A stretch of DNA of 64,000 nt, taken from Lingula anatina. Its lineage: Eukaryota > Animalia > Brachiopoda. Position numbers and translations under genes: made by a program. The notes under the pieces are model-generated. The model searched no databases, was not told the origin of the DNA, and saw only the letters and a program-made list of their open reading frames with translations. The stretch lies in assembly GCA_051362555.1 (NCBI GenBank), contig CM120648.1, positions 2,829,721 through 2,893,720 on the forward strand. Direction: 5' to 3'. Shown piece by piece: positions 45,516-60,100 of the stretch (the first letter of the stretch is position 1; each line of letters begins with the position of its first letter).

Positions 45516-47510
45516 CGTTTTACTATTGTAATTGACTTTTAAATATTGCTGATACCCGTCAAATCAATCATTGAACCATGGTAAGAGATACAATAAAAAT
45601 AAAATCCAACCTACCTACTCAGTACCCTGAAATCATGTGCAAATTGAATTATCAACAATCGTTTTACTGATATGGAAGGAATAAGTAGGATTTTCATAGT
45701 ATTGCAGAACTTTTGTAATGTCCACTGTTATCTAAGTACAGTATCATATCACGTTAAACGAGTCCCCTAGGGTGATGTTGTCACACAGGATGACTTATTA
45801 AAATTCAGCTAAATGTTGAGTGAAACAAAATCACACAAGCTCCTAATAGCATGCACGCGAGCTCCCTCTGAGATGTAGAACAATGTTTCCGCCGTCTTGT
45901 ACACAGACACGGGAAAAGTACCCTCTCGGAAGGAATTTTTTTAAAATTTTAACGGCTCATCAATCTGAAGTTGACATAGGGCTTTGCGCCAACAATATAA
46001 GAAGTCAGTCCCGTAGCCAGCGATTTCAAAAGGGTGGGGTTTTTTTTTCTGAAAAAGTGGACCTTTTCCCATGAACCCTTTGTGTACCTAGACAAAATTT
46101 CTGTGCGATCTTTACTTCCACAAAACTATAGCTAACGGATAAACCATGAATAATAAAAAATAAGCAAATAAGTGGGCACGTAAACAGGTGAATGTATCGG
46201 CAAAATTTATGATTGAATAGATGAATGCCTGAATAAATAAAAAGCAATGTAATGAAAATTGAATCAGCATAAAACTATTCAGGAGATAAATGTATAGATA
46301 AATGTACTGTCATACGAACATTTTAGTCATGTGTTTTTGTATCACTATCGGTTCCCTAGCCTATTTATATCTGGGGGCTACTGTCCGACACGCTGACACG
46401 CCTACTTTGACCAATGAAAGCGCTGCAGGCTGGTCTGTACTGGGCTTGGGAGTGTGCTACTGTAAGTAATGCCCGTGCTGCAGCCATGCTCCTTTGCACT
46501 TTTTCCCTTTTGCCCAAGGCATACTGAGGTGGAGGTACTTAATAATACACTGTCCACGAGCCCGATATACACGATAGCAGTGCGTTTTTTTGTCAAACAT
46601 ACAAAGGGGAACCGTACATGTTTCCCACCCTAAACCTTCTAATTTTGAATAGAAAACGAAGATATCACCGCGTATAGTCCCACGGTATGTATATTGTAAG
46701 AACCCTCCCCCCCTGTGTGTATCCCGGATACAGGCCCCCCTTGCACTTTTGCTCTACCGGGCGGATATTTTTATGATCATTGAACAGAATGGTTGTTTAT
46801 ATTTTCACATGTAGATGTTATTTTTATAAAAAAAAAACACTTTTAAACGAGGTAGACAAATCTCTGGATAATGCAAATGGCCATTTATAACGAGAGACAG
46901 AGAGAGAGAGAGAGAGAGAGTGTATAAAATTCACAGTGTTGGGTTACACAAGTACCATGACGCAAACATTGTTTTAGATCCCATGGTCAGATATAGGAGC
47001 GTGCTGGAAGCTCAAATGTCAACTTCCCCAGTGCAGATAGTACGATGTTGGTATCAAGTCATGTGGAATATAGCTTACAAAACGTTTTCTTCAGGGCAAT
47101 TTCCTATGATTGATGTTTTGTTCATCCACAATCCAGTTCTCTGTTTGCTCGGGTTATGTAAATATCGCGGACATATTGTCATAATTCTGACAGTTACAAC
47201 CGAATTAAGCTTTATGCATTTAAGTAGAAGTGATGGAAAATGCAATTTTATCTAAATGCTAAGCAACGTAAACAAAATATTTTTGAAAAACAACCTAAGA
47301 ATGTCATCTGTAGTGAACAGACATGCTTACATTACATATTAATTGGCACGTTATTGATGTTTTAAAGTGATCTATATCTAGCCATTTATCTAGCTTTTAT
47401 CTAAATTATATATTTATAGACCATTTTCTCTCCTGTTCTATATGAACGAACAATAGAATTAAAGGTAGCATATGCGGCCAACAATGTTAACGTGTAACAT
47501 TAAAATCTGA

Positions 47511-47573
<63 letters not shown>

Positions 47574-47746
47574 TTTTATTATTATTTTGATAAGATGTAA
47601 TAGCTTGAAGTATATGCCGCGATTCGCCGGTGGCGTTTGAAGCCTGGGGCAGTGCTCCTCCCCTATCTTACACAGCGCCACCTATTTATTGGGCGTGTCA
47701 CTTGGGGGTTATTTTAGTAAGAACGGGGACTTTGCAGGGGTTGAAG

Positions 47747-50700
47747 ATGAGGAAGAGGTGGGCTGCTCCTCTCCTGCTTCTGCTGGTACTCCCAGTGGTC
47801 TGCTGCAAAGGTAGGCTGGGTTGGAATCTGTTTGGGCATCCCCTGCGAAAATTTGTCTCATTTAACGCACACTTACAGTTCTCAGTCTGTCCAAGAACAG
47901 TGTGTTTTTCTCTTTTAATGAAAATTTTCTTAATCTGTTCTAGGACATTCTGAAGGACTTCCCCAAAACAGTTCTCGAACTGTTACATTCATTACAGAAC
48001 AACATTAGAACTGTAAAAAATATACACCAAATGTTCTAGAATAGATTGAGAACCGTAAGTGAACGTTAAATGAGAAATTTTTGCAGTGGATGGTCGGTGA
48101 TTTGGTATTTATAGTCAGGGTCAAACAGTTTTGCGTTATCTTTAAATAATCTTCTGCGCAGGGTGTGGCTGCTATTGCAAAATGTGTAGGTAAAATAAAG
48201 GCAAAATAAAATTGATTAGTATCAAACTCATAAGGGATTTTATCCACATTTTGTATCTTTTTATAATGTAAGTTGTATAGCACTGTATTTCTGAAAGCAG
48301 AGAGCATGTAAGTGTCAAAATATTTCTGTGCTCAATAATTTTTTATTATATTATTATCTTTATTGCTATGAAATAGGTGAAGTCAGACTGCTGTGTTGTG
48401 GAATATGCAGCTACAGTATTTCTGAAAGAGTTGTTCACATTTAAACGACCGAAGTTAAACATCTTTATCAGATAAAAATAAAGACAATGCACTTTTTAGT
48501 TTTTTCTTTATTGCTTTTGTTTTGAAATTACACAAGTACCTACAAGTGTTATATGTCGTAAGAAATACAAACAACTCAAATAACATATACTACAACAATC
48601 ATCACGTCACCTGGTAGGCCTAATAGAACACGGTGTGATTTTAAACAGCTAATAAGCGACTGATTCTTCTTACTGAAAGTGAAACTTAGTGGAGTGCCAA
48701 TGTATTTACACATTAATTCACATTTATTCAACTTTTTCAAGGTAGCGTTTAACGGGGTACTTTGCTTTATATATTCAAAATAAATAAATAAAGAAATAAC
48801 AGTGGAGAATTTTGCCAACCTGGTCATCAGGAGGACGATCAAGAAAGGACTGACCGAGGGAATCCAGTGCAAGCTGACATGCTATCCACTAGATAAAAGT
48901 GGCTCTGTTTGTGATTAGACGGGGGGTGGGGGTGTTGGGGTCGGATTGGGATGCCATGGTCATAAAACAATGGCCGCTGAACGAGTTATGGTGTCTCTCT
49001 TACTGCATTATGCATAATTGTGACAACTGCACGTAATGTGTGATTATTTGTAACATGGATTTTGTCACAAAAAGTGTAAACCTTTCGACGTAGTTAACAG
49101 TTATGTGATTTGCTCAAAGAGCTTAGCTAATAGACCGACTGAAACGAAGTGATGGGTATTAAAGACCCCATTCACATAGATACTATCGGTCTACGTGGAT
49201 CGATCAAACTCTGCGTGAACTCTTGGAAAGTGCAAACAGCTTAACTGAATGACACACCTGCTTTTGTTCCTAACGTACTTGTATAATTACCTGTTTTTCT
49301 ACATTCTACATAACGCCAGGAGGAAACGTTTTTTGTTTCAGTTAAACAGATTGCCGTACTGACTCAGACTTTTTATTTTGATCATGACCGGAAAACCAAA
49401 AATAAACAAGAATCCCAGCAGAGTTTGGTCGATTCACGTAGACCGATGGTGCCTGTAGAAATGGGGCCTTAGACACTTGTATTGTCTAAAACGTATCTTG
49501 AGTCTACCCTCCACCAGTGCCGCATAATATATTATGTGGACTTTTCTCTGACGCGTTCACAGTGCAGATAATTACTGTCAATTTAACCAGAGACATATCT
49601 GTGAATATCTAATGAATATAAATCTGTGGCCCTGGTAAAGAGTAACTTAAGTCGGTCCAATCAGAGTAGGTTAATATTTTAGCTCAACGGTTTTTGTGAA
49701 ACAGCCCCAAGCAAAGTGGTCCTCGTGACGGTGATGGCCAGGGCGGGCATTGAGTGCGCATCTGATTATGAACCATGGTGTCTCTAGTCCAGGCATCTTC
49801 TTTTTTCATCTTCTTGAATTGGTGTTCATTACACGCTTATTTAAATGCACTTATCCAGTTAGACCACTGTGAAAAGCGTGACCACTGATTGGTGTTGGGT
49901 TTCTGTTTAAGAAGACCTTGGCTGGATGAAAATGCTTTCATTTGTACTAATAAAACGCCTTAAGCTATACTGCCGTGATATCAACCCATTATCACGTGGC
50001 TCTGTGATGGATGCAAGCTGTACACGCATCTGCACTCGATCCACGATATTACTATACATTACCATTTTCAGACATTCCACGCACCCGATCCGATTATTAG
50101 TAGTCTAAAACTTCAGTCTTAAAACATGGATTGAATTTTGACTGAACTTTTGAATCCTAAAATTTGTTTTACATACACATACATGTAGATCACATGATGT
50201 TACATATATAGAGGCTCAACATTGCCACATATACTGGTACCAAGTATTCCTAGGTCCCACCAAGAAATATATAGATAGGGGGTACATAATTGGTTTCATC
50301 ACTTGCCCTTTTCTGTTGTCCTTGTTAAAATATGTAATGTCGTGAGTGTCTTTACTTGAAAGGTTATTTCTATACATAGGGCCTCATCTGATTCTAAAAC
50401 CAGCAGTTATGAATGGCATAGTGTATATTGCCAAGGAAAAATTGCAATTCAATGCTTCGAAGATATCAAATGGTTTATTTTTCAGATAAAGTGAAGTTAG
50501 CCAAACTAAAGAACCCTGCTGTTCCCCGTGAAGCCAAGGAAGCAGCAGGTCCATCAAGAAAAGGTGATATCTAGAACTTAATTATTTTAGGTGTTCCTTC
50601 AGGGGTGTGGATATGAACAGCTAAGACGCCCCTGGTCTTCTATCAAAAAAATTCTGACAGGGATATACATAAACTCTGTTACATAGCACATTTGTGTGAC

Positions 50701-53700
50701 TGCATAAGAGTACAAATAGCACACGTTCCCTGTATGCGTATTGACCCGGATTTCAGTTTTGAAATTTCTCGGATTTTGTGACAGACGCGTTTTGGGAGTA
50801 ATTTAAATCGTCATTGTGGCTTAAGGGATGTCTCTGTCCCACAGGTACAACAACGGTTTTCAGAACCATTCTTAAGGTCAGAGAAGAATCTCATTAGCGG
50901 TGTTATGTTATAAGAATAAAGCAATTTTTGCTTCAATCAAACAGCTTAATATCGAAATCGTTTACCTGATGTAGATGCTCTGACAGACATAGAAATATGT
51001 GAGGTAAACTATTTTATATTATTTAGCTGTTGATTGAAGAAAAAATACTATATTCTTATCCTTACGGTAGTTCATTAAAATTGAAAGGATTTACCATTTT
51101 TAGATAGTAGTCTAGTGAGATTTTTGAAAAAAGGCTCTGCATAAGAAGCAAGGGGCATTTTTGGGTAAAAGTTGGGAACCAGGTTTATTAGCATAATTTT
51201 GGCATGCTGAATCCGATTTACCCGGTTCCCAAGCGAAATTTTGTGTTTTTAACGGTCTAATTTGCAGAAAACAAAATGGCCGCCAGATTTCCAATTTTCT
51301 GCACTATCTCTCTAACTAGACAGGCGAATATGACAAATAAAGTGTCCTTACCTATATTTTCAGGGTCGAAGAACATTATTAAGATAATTCTGTTAAAATT
51401 AGATTTACACAATTTTCCTAAATATGCAAATTAGGACCGCCATTACTGAAAAACCGTTTTACTGCTGTATCTCTGCAACTAGGCAAGCAAACATGTCACA
51501 TGAAGTGTCCACACCTATGTTCTCAGGGTCAGAGAATGTGATAAATCAGATGTCTTGTCTGATGGGTCGCACTAACTTTGTGCTTCGTGTTCGAGTAGCA
51601 CTTTTATTTGTTTCTTCCCTGTATCTGTCAAACACAACATCAATCTGCTGATAGTCAGAACCTGCCTTCAGAGCTGCTCTTACGTATGTGTCAGCAAAAC
51701 CACCAAAGATCACTTCATTGTCAGTCAATTGTTAGGAAAGGCGAAGAGTCATTCAGTTTAATTTCATCAGGGCAGACTACGTCTTCTGTTAACATTTCTG
51801 CTAATACAGATTTGTTTCCGGTGCACTGTGTACCATTCATTTCAGCAAGTGATGCAGGGACTGGGAGAAGTTCATGCTTAAAGACAGACGGCAAGTCAAC
51901 TGTCCGAGTTGCCTCATAGGACCCCCCTGACACTCCCATAAATCTGCCACTGCACCCTGAATCTCATGAAAACCAAGAGCAATGCACCCTCGTCTTGATT
52001 GAGTAGCTTCACTTTGAAGATGCACACTGCTTGGAAAGTGGTTGAACATAGCATGCGTTTCAGCTGCATACAAAAGTGTCCATCAACAAAGTGAAGATGT
52101 TGTTTTTGTGATACCTATGATCCGCCCCCTTTCTTTTCCGTACCATTTATCCACCCCATTGCTTGTTAGGGATCTACTTGGTTTAACCTCAGAACTGAAC
52201 GCTTGACAACGAAGTTGCCTGTTTTTACAGCCTCTGGTAATTGGTGCATCTTTGCTTCACTGGACTCCATCTTGAATAAATGAAGTGGTCGTACCTTATG
52301 AAGAATGGCAAGATCTGACATTCCGTCCCGTTGTGCCCGAGTAAACTGCAGTAGTATGGATACCATGTCCATGTAGGCCCACCAGAAGACAAAGTTCACA
52401 TCACTGAATTTGTTCTCAGCGAAATCGTTCAGAAGCTTGAGAAACTGCTTAGACTTCAAACTTGCTATAAACACAGGAATGTTTTCCGGATCGTCAATAA
52501 TTCAATTGGATTCAATAGATCATCAGAAGATTAAAGCTAAAATTCAAGAAATTTGGTTATTTAAATTCAAACGATAGCAATGGGTAACCAGCGATAAGCT
52601 AATGGAAAAATCGCTGGAATGAATGAGGTGGGATGCCATTGTGTACTGGACTTGAAGTATAGATATACATATTAATATAGAATATTTTAGTTCAAAAGCA
52701 AAGTATTGATAATAAATTAACTTTTTCTTTAAAAAAGTTGATCACATATGTCAATTGTGATCAGGTATATGTATAGCCAGGTGTGTCGGTTATTGTTCAT
52801 TAGACTGCTTTCTCTAAAGCGCGGTTATATAAGGTAATATGTGGCAGTTTCTCTGAGCAGTCCTCTTTGGCTGGTTACATAATGCGTATAAAAGGGCATC
52901 AATTCTGCAGAATAAGTCTTCATGTTTCGGTATGCCCAGTCAGAAGAGTTTGATATTTTGCAGAATCTTAGCAGACCTTATGGTACGTGAAATAACGGCA
53001 GCAATTTGTATTATGCCAGAATGGGCAGAAGCAAACTGCTATTGCCAGACAGCTGATTGTGTCCCAGGGAGCAGTTTCTAAAGTCTTACAGAGACACCAG
53101 ACTGGAACATCAACACAGAGACCACGACCAAGACGTCTGAAAGTCACCACCAGAAGGGAAGACCGCTTGCTTCTTCAGCTATGTCGCAACAACCGGACAA
53201 AAAACACTCGTGCTCTACAAAATGAGTGTCAAATTACCATTCAAAAGCATGTTTTTAGAACCCAAGTGAATGCAAGGCTACTTTTAGCCGGTTACCATGC
53301 TAGGCGACCTCAAAGGAAGTCTCTGTTAAAAGAGCAACGCCAACGTCTGCCTCAACGGTGGGCTAGACACCATTTGCGGTTCCAGCCACAGCACTGGGTT
53401 CCTGTTTTTTTTTTTGCAGTCGAGGCAAGGCTTGAGCTTGGGCAATGGCCGAATCAGAGTCCGTATGCTTCCAGACGAGGTACTGCTTGAGTCACCCCTA
53501 CAGTGACTGGTGGCGGTGGCAGTTTCTGTGTATGGGCCAGTTTCCACGCTGGAGCCAAAACACCATTGGTGGCAATTGATGGAAACCTCAACCAGAAAAA
53601 ATACAGGGACATTTTAGAGAATACTTGCTTGCCATTTGCAAGAAGGTACTTCCAGGACAACTTCATCCTGCAAGATGACATTGCCAGACCACACCGTACC

Positions 53701-56700
53701 CATGCAAAACTGCTTTTCTGCAAAACCAAGAGGTAAACCAATTGCCTTGGCCGTCGAATTCCTCTGACATGAATCCAATAATGAACCTGTTGGCAGAAAT
53801 CACTCATCACTCGCAGAATCAAAAGCTTACCTGTCCAACCTACAAATCTGCACCAGCTTAGACAAGCTCTGACTGATGCGTGGAACACAATACCGGATCA
53901 AACTCTCAAAAACCTCTCTGCAGGATTGCCTCGCAAAATGAAGGCTCCGGTTGCAGCTAGAGGATGCGGCACGCATTATAAACTGTTTCCATTTTTTATA
54001 ATTTGTCTTGATGATTCTTTTGTTTAAGAGAAAATCCTAACCAACTGATATTTTTTATAATATTTAGTTCACAAGAATTCAGTACCTTGTTGCTATCTGC
54101 TATAAAATTACCCATGTGCTGTTGATAATGCTGATTTGAATATTTAAATTTAATTTGTGATGATATATTGACACGGGATGATTTATTAAAGTCATATCGA
54201 ACATGATAACAAGTGTTCTTTTCATTCATTACTAACAGATGGGGAAAAATCAAAGAAAATATGTTTGAAAAAAAATCCATACATAAATGTATATTCTTAT
54301 ATATTGTGTACCGTGTAAATAATGCAGTTTTGTGAGCCTGCAAATGCATTCATATCATTTAGTGCTCAATAAACGTATTATTACTATTATATTAAATATC
54401 AAGTCTGTACATTGCATCACATAAATTTCTTGATTCAGTAAATCCCTCCATTGCATTAATAAGGGAATCACATTTTTCTAGGTAAAAGGGGCAATTGTGT
54501 GGTCCAATGTTTACATCCCAATGGCAGCACAGTATTTAATCGCCAAATTAAATTCAAATTCGAATAATTGCAACAGTGTGACAGTGTAGCACTGATTACT
54601 GATTTGGTTATAGTGAAGATGTCTTAACCACTTTCTCTGACCCTGAAAACATGGGTGTGTTCACTTCATGTGTAATGTTTGCTTGCCTAGTTGCAGAGAT
54701 ACAGCAGTAAAACGGTTTTTCAGTAATGGCGGTCCTAATTTGCATATTTAGGAAAATCTGGTAAACCTATTCTATCGGAAATATTTAAATGATGTTCCTC
54801 GACCCTGAAAATATAGGTAAAGACACATTTGTCATATTCACCTGTCTAGTTACAGAGATATTGCAGAAAATTGGAAATCTGGCGGCCATTTTTGTTTTTT
54901 GCAAATTAGACCGTTAAAAACGCAGAATTTCGCTTGGGAACCGGGTAAATCGGATTCAGCATGCCAAAATTATGCTAATAAACCTGGTTCCCAACTTTTA
55001 CCCAAAAATGCCCCTACTGTTCACATTTTGTGGAAATGTCACTAGACTATAGTATATAAAGATAATCAAGTGAATTGAAAATCACTTTAAAATATGTAAC
55101 GGGGAGAAAGACTGTACTTGTATGCTTCTTATTCTTTTCACATACAACTTCAGTCGGTTATATAAAGTGACTTAGTACCTGTGAACGAGATACTACATGT
55201 ACCAAGGAATAGGTTCAATAATATAACACAAACAAACCGGATTGTTAAATCTTATAATTATTATAATTGTTATTATTTTCAGATAAGGCAAAGCTGCCCC
55301 CAGTAAAGGGCCCTAGTACACCCGGTGAATCCAAGGGTACGCCAGGAAAGGGTACACCAGGAAAGGGTACGCCTGGAAAGGGTACGCCAGGAAAGGGTAC
55401 ACCAGGAAAGGGTACACCCGGTAAACCAGGAAAAGGTGATGATTAGAACCTAAAGGCATAGCAGTTCTTTTCTTGAGGACCACATTTCACAATAAATATA
55501 TAATAAAAGGCCTCATAGAAATAAAATAAATTCTGTTTCACCACCAAAACGGCAGTTATTGCAATTATTCTGGAATCTCTGCTTGCCATCCGACCTCGTG
55601 ACCCACGTAGATGGCTGCCGTCTGTAAGGCTGGTAAGACTGGGCTCCCATTAACCTATCCATCTAACTCCGAGGGGATGCTTGCTATGGTGTATTCAGTT
55701 TAAGCGGCTTAAATGTCTGTCACATCCACTGAAGCTGCTAGGGGGTTAATTAACTTTTGTGCACGCTTAAACTGAATGCAATTTAGCGAGAATCCCCTTA
55801 GAGATAGATCGATCCTGCTAGTAGGATATGGTTATGGGAATAGTCCCTAATACCCCGGTAACTCTCAAGAAGCATTCGCTCCCCTTTGATTTGAGGCATT
55901 AGTTAACCAAATTAAAAGATCGCTGAAAATATCTGTATTTAATTGTCCCCACCTGATGCAGATGCCATGCATTCCGTCGCCTAGCTGCAATATAAACTCA
56001 AAAACATTAACACAACGTTATAAGATTAAAGTTCTCATTTTGTTCACTAAATTGACGCTGCACCTTATACCCCCTTGACACTGGACGGCGTCCTTTCTGC
56101 GTCCTTTCTGCGACCATGAAATTTGGCATCGCTGTGGTCTTAATAAGGAGGCACAAGCATCGATTTTGTATCAGAATGAATGCTCAATGATCGGCCAGTT
56201 GTCTGCCGTAAAGTATTATAATTTTTTAACTCTCAAAAGGGGCCGTACTGCTGGACGCAGAAAGGACGCCGTCCAGTGTAAAGGGGGCTTTATTGCATTT
56301 ATGAGACTGAGCTAGCACTGTTCACTTGTCTCAGTCATAGTGCGGTCCCATGTATGTGACAATAGGTGTCCCCAACGCAAAGATGTAAACATTCAGAATT
56401 ATATTATATTATATTATATTATATTATATTATATTATATTATATTATATTATATTATATTATATTATATCAATGTGTTGTAAACCTTCATACCATAGACT
56501 GGGTTCCCATACCTAGATCGATCTAACAAGATCGACCTATCTCCAAGGGGTTTCTCGCTAAATTGCTTTCAGTTTAAGCGGCTTAGATGTCTGGTACGCC
56601 TACTGAAGCTGCTAAACGATAATTAATTACCCCCTAGCAGCTTCAGTGGGCGTGACAGACAATAAGATTATTGCAATTTAGCGAGAATCCCCTTGGAGAT

Positions 56701-57077
56701 AGATCGATCTACAGTTAGTACGACAGGGCCTGCGAATGGTCCCACACAGTCCCTCTTTTCTCACTAAAATTATATGGTTAAACGCACATTGTCACAACCG
56801 GTTGACCACTGGGTCCGATTGTATTGTAGGTTGTAGAGGCGGCCCCCCCGGCACAGAAAATTGGAGCAGAAACCCAGACGGCACCAAATGTTTCAAATAT
56901 TTCCGCCACGGAGGTCGGGAGGGACTGGACTTTTCCCAGGCGGGGGCGTTCTGTTCACAAAAGGCGGACACGGCAAGTTTAGCCATCATAGAAAGCCCCG
57001 AAGAGCAGAAGCTTGCACAGACCCTGATCCCACCAAGGTAGTAGAGAGTATACTACTTGAAACTTAGGCAAATTATG

Positions 57078-57129
<52 letters not shown>

Positions 57130-60100
57130 ATAGAAAAGTATGATTTTTCATGGCGTATATATTTTATATAAATACGAAAAAATTCAAAATTCCATAGGTA
57201 AAATCCATTAGAAGCCTTTGAGCCTTTCTCATTCTTGTACTTCAGAACCTGATTTTTACCTTTCTGTTCGCTTCTGGCTTGAAAAGTTTCCGTATGTACC
57301 AGAAACAAGCAAAATCCAATATGCACAGTATTAGTTCCAAAAATATATACAAAATATTTTCATATTAATAGTTATAGTAATTTCTTAAAGTTATTAATAA
57401 ACCAGACAATATACACATACATTACAGTGTCTATGGAATTCACAATTTTTCCAGTTGAAATGATCGAGCCAGTACCATATTACAAATTAAAGGTTAATGC
57501 TTTCTTGATAAAAAAAGTACAACAAAATCGATGGGCATCAACACATTTTGCAGAGAACGTGTGGAAATCACGTGGATCGGACTCACGAGGGACGGTCAGG
57601 AGGGCTGGGGGTGGATTGACGGCACGGACATAGGGTACAGGAACTGGAACGGGCAGGGGGGCGGTCTGCCACCCATCAAACCAGGCCGCAACTGTGCCTC
57701 CATTCTGACTAAAAAGGGCGTGACGCGATGGAGAAATCAGAGGTGTGGTGCAAAGGGCAATGCCTTATGTGAAGTCAAGGTATTATTTTCAGTATAATCT
57801 TTTATTCTACGTGTAGTAGTTTTAAAGTTCAAGAAGCAGTCTTTTAACTTAGGAGGCATTCAGAATGGATGATCCGAGTACTGACTGATCTGCCGACTAA
57901 ATATGGCTGGACCACACTTCAAAAGCGATGCCGTCTATTCCCGATGGTTTCCTCGCCTCCTTACGCGTCATTGAACGGATTAATTCTCGGCTCCGAGGTT
58001 AAATAGCTAGGCCCCTGCAGCGCCAGCGCGTGTGCAGGCGGGGAGACCATCATGGAACTAGCAGCATCGCTGGGACTGCCATATTAGTCGGTGGATCAGT
58101 TAGTACTCGGATCATCTATTGTGAATGACCCTTAGCCTCATTCAATAATAAAGCGTTTGATTATTATAACAATGTTATAATCATTTTATGTACAACTTCA
58201 AACAATTGGATTGTAATCTTGAATAATTAAATATTATTATCGGAACACTGATATTCAAAGCCTCTATTGAGCGTTCTACAATGGGTGGCAGAAAAACGCC
58301 TAGATAGCTGGAAAAAAACATGTACACACTTCCAGTATATATTAATGGCGTTCTTCCAGTATGATGTAGATGAATGTGCCCTGGCCACAGACGATTGCGC
58401 TGAGAACGCCACATGCGCCAACACCGTGGGCAGTTTCACCTGCACCTGCCTAGCTGGCTTCACCGGCGACGGCACAGCGTGTGATGATGTAGATGAATGT
58501 GCCCTGGCCACAGATGATTGCGCTGAGAACGCCACATGCGCCAACACCGTGGGCAGTTTCACCTGCACCTGCCTAGCTGGTTTCACCGGCGACGGCACAG
58601 CGTGTGATGATGTAGATGAATGTGCCCTGGCCACAGATGATTGCGCTGAGAACGCCACATGCGCCAACACCGTGGGCAGTTTCACCTGCACCTGCCTAGC
58701 TGGTTTCACCGGCGACGGCACAGCGTGTGATGATGTAGATGAATGTGCCCTGGCCACAGATGATTGCGCTGAGAACGCCACATGCGCCAACACCGTGGAC
58801 AGTTTCACCTGCACCTGCCTAGCTGGTTTCACCGGCGACGGCACAGCGTGTGATGATGCAGATGAATGTGCCCTGGCCACAGACGATTGCGCTGAGAACG
58901 CCACATGCGCCAACACCGTGGGCAGTTTCACCTGCACCTGCCTAGCTGGCTTCACCGGCGACGGCACAGCGTGTGATGATGTAGATGAATGTGCCCTGGC
59001 CACAGACGATTGCGCTGAGAACGCCACATGCGCCAACACCGTGGGCAGTTTCACCTGCACCTGCCTAGCTGGCTTCACCGGCGACGGCACAGCGTGTGAT
59101 GATGTAGATGAATGTGCCCTGGCCACAGACGATTGCGCTGAGAACGCCACATGCGCCAACACCGTGGGCAGTTTCACCTGCACCTGCCTAGCTGGTTTCA
59201 CCGGCGACGGCACAGCGTGTGATGATGTAGATGAATGTGCCCTGGCCACAGACGATTGCGCTGAGAACGCCACATGCGCCAACACCGTGGGCAGTTTCAC
59301 CTGCACCTGCCTAGCTGGTTTCACCGGCGACGGCACAGCGTGTGATGATGTAGATGAATGTGCCCTGGCCACAGACGATTGCGCTGAGAACGCCACATGC
59401 GCCAACACCGTGGGCAGTTTCACCTGCACCTGCCTAGCTGGTTTCACCGGCGACGGCACAGCGTGTGATGATGTAGATGAATGTGCCCTGGCCACAGATG
59501 ATTGCGCTGAGAACGCCACATGCGCCAACACCGTGGGCAGTTTCACCTGCACCTGCCTAGCTGGTTTCACCGGCGACGGCACAGCGTGTGATGATGTAGA
59601 TGAATGTGCCCTGGCCACAGATGATTGCGCTGAGAACGCCACATGCGCCAACACCGTGGGCAGTTTCACCTGCACCTGCCTAGCTGGTTTCACCGGCGAC
59701 GGCACAGCGTGTGATGATGTAGATGAATGTGCCCTGGCCACAGATGATTGCGCTGAGAACGCCACATGCGCCAACACCGTGGGCAGTTTCACCTGCACCT
59801 GCCTAGCTGGTTTCACCGGCGACGGCACAGCGTGTGATGATGTAGATGAATGTGCCCTGGCCACAGATGATTGCGCTGAGAACGCCACATGCGCCAACAC
59901 CGTGGGCAGTTTCACCTGCACCTGCCTAGCTGGTTTCACCGGCGACGGCACAGCGTGTGATGATGTAGATGAATGTGCCCTGGCCACAGATGATTGCGCT
60001 GAGAACGCCACATGCGCCAACACCGTGGGCAGTTTCACCTGCACCTGCCTAGCTGGTTTCACCGGCGACGGCACAGCGTGTGATGATGTAGATGAATGTG

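Noticed and set aside
48803-48918. Possible alternative terminal exon (VENFANLVIRRTIKKGLTEGIQCKLTC...)
   Set aside because: It is phase-compatible, but the acceptor has a purine-rich tract instead of a polypyrimidine tract and there is no other support.
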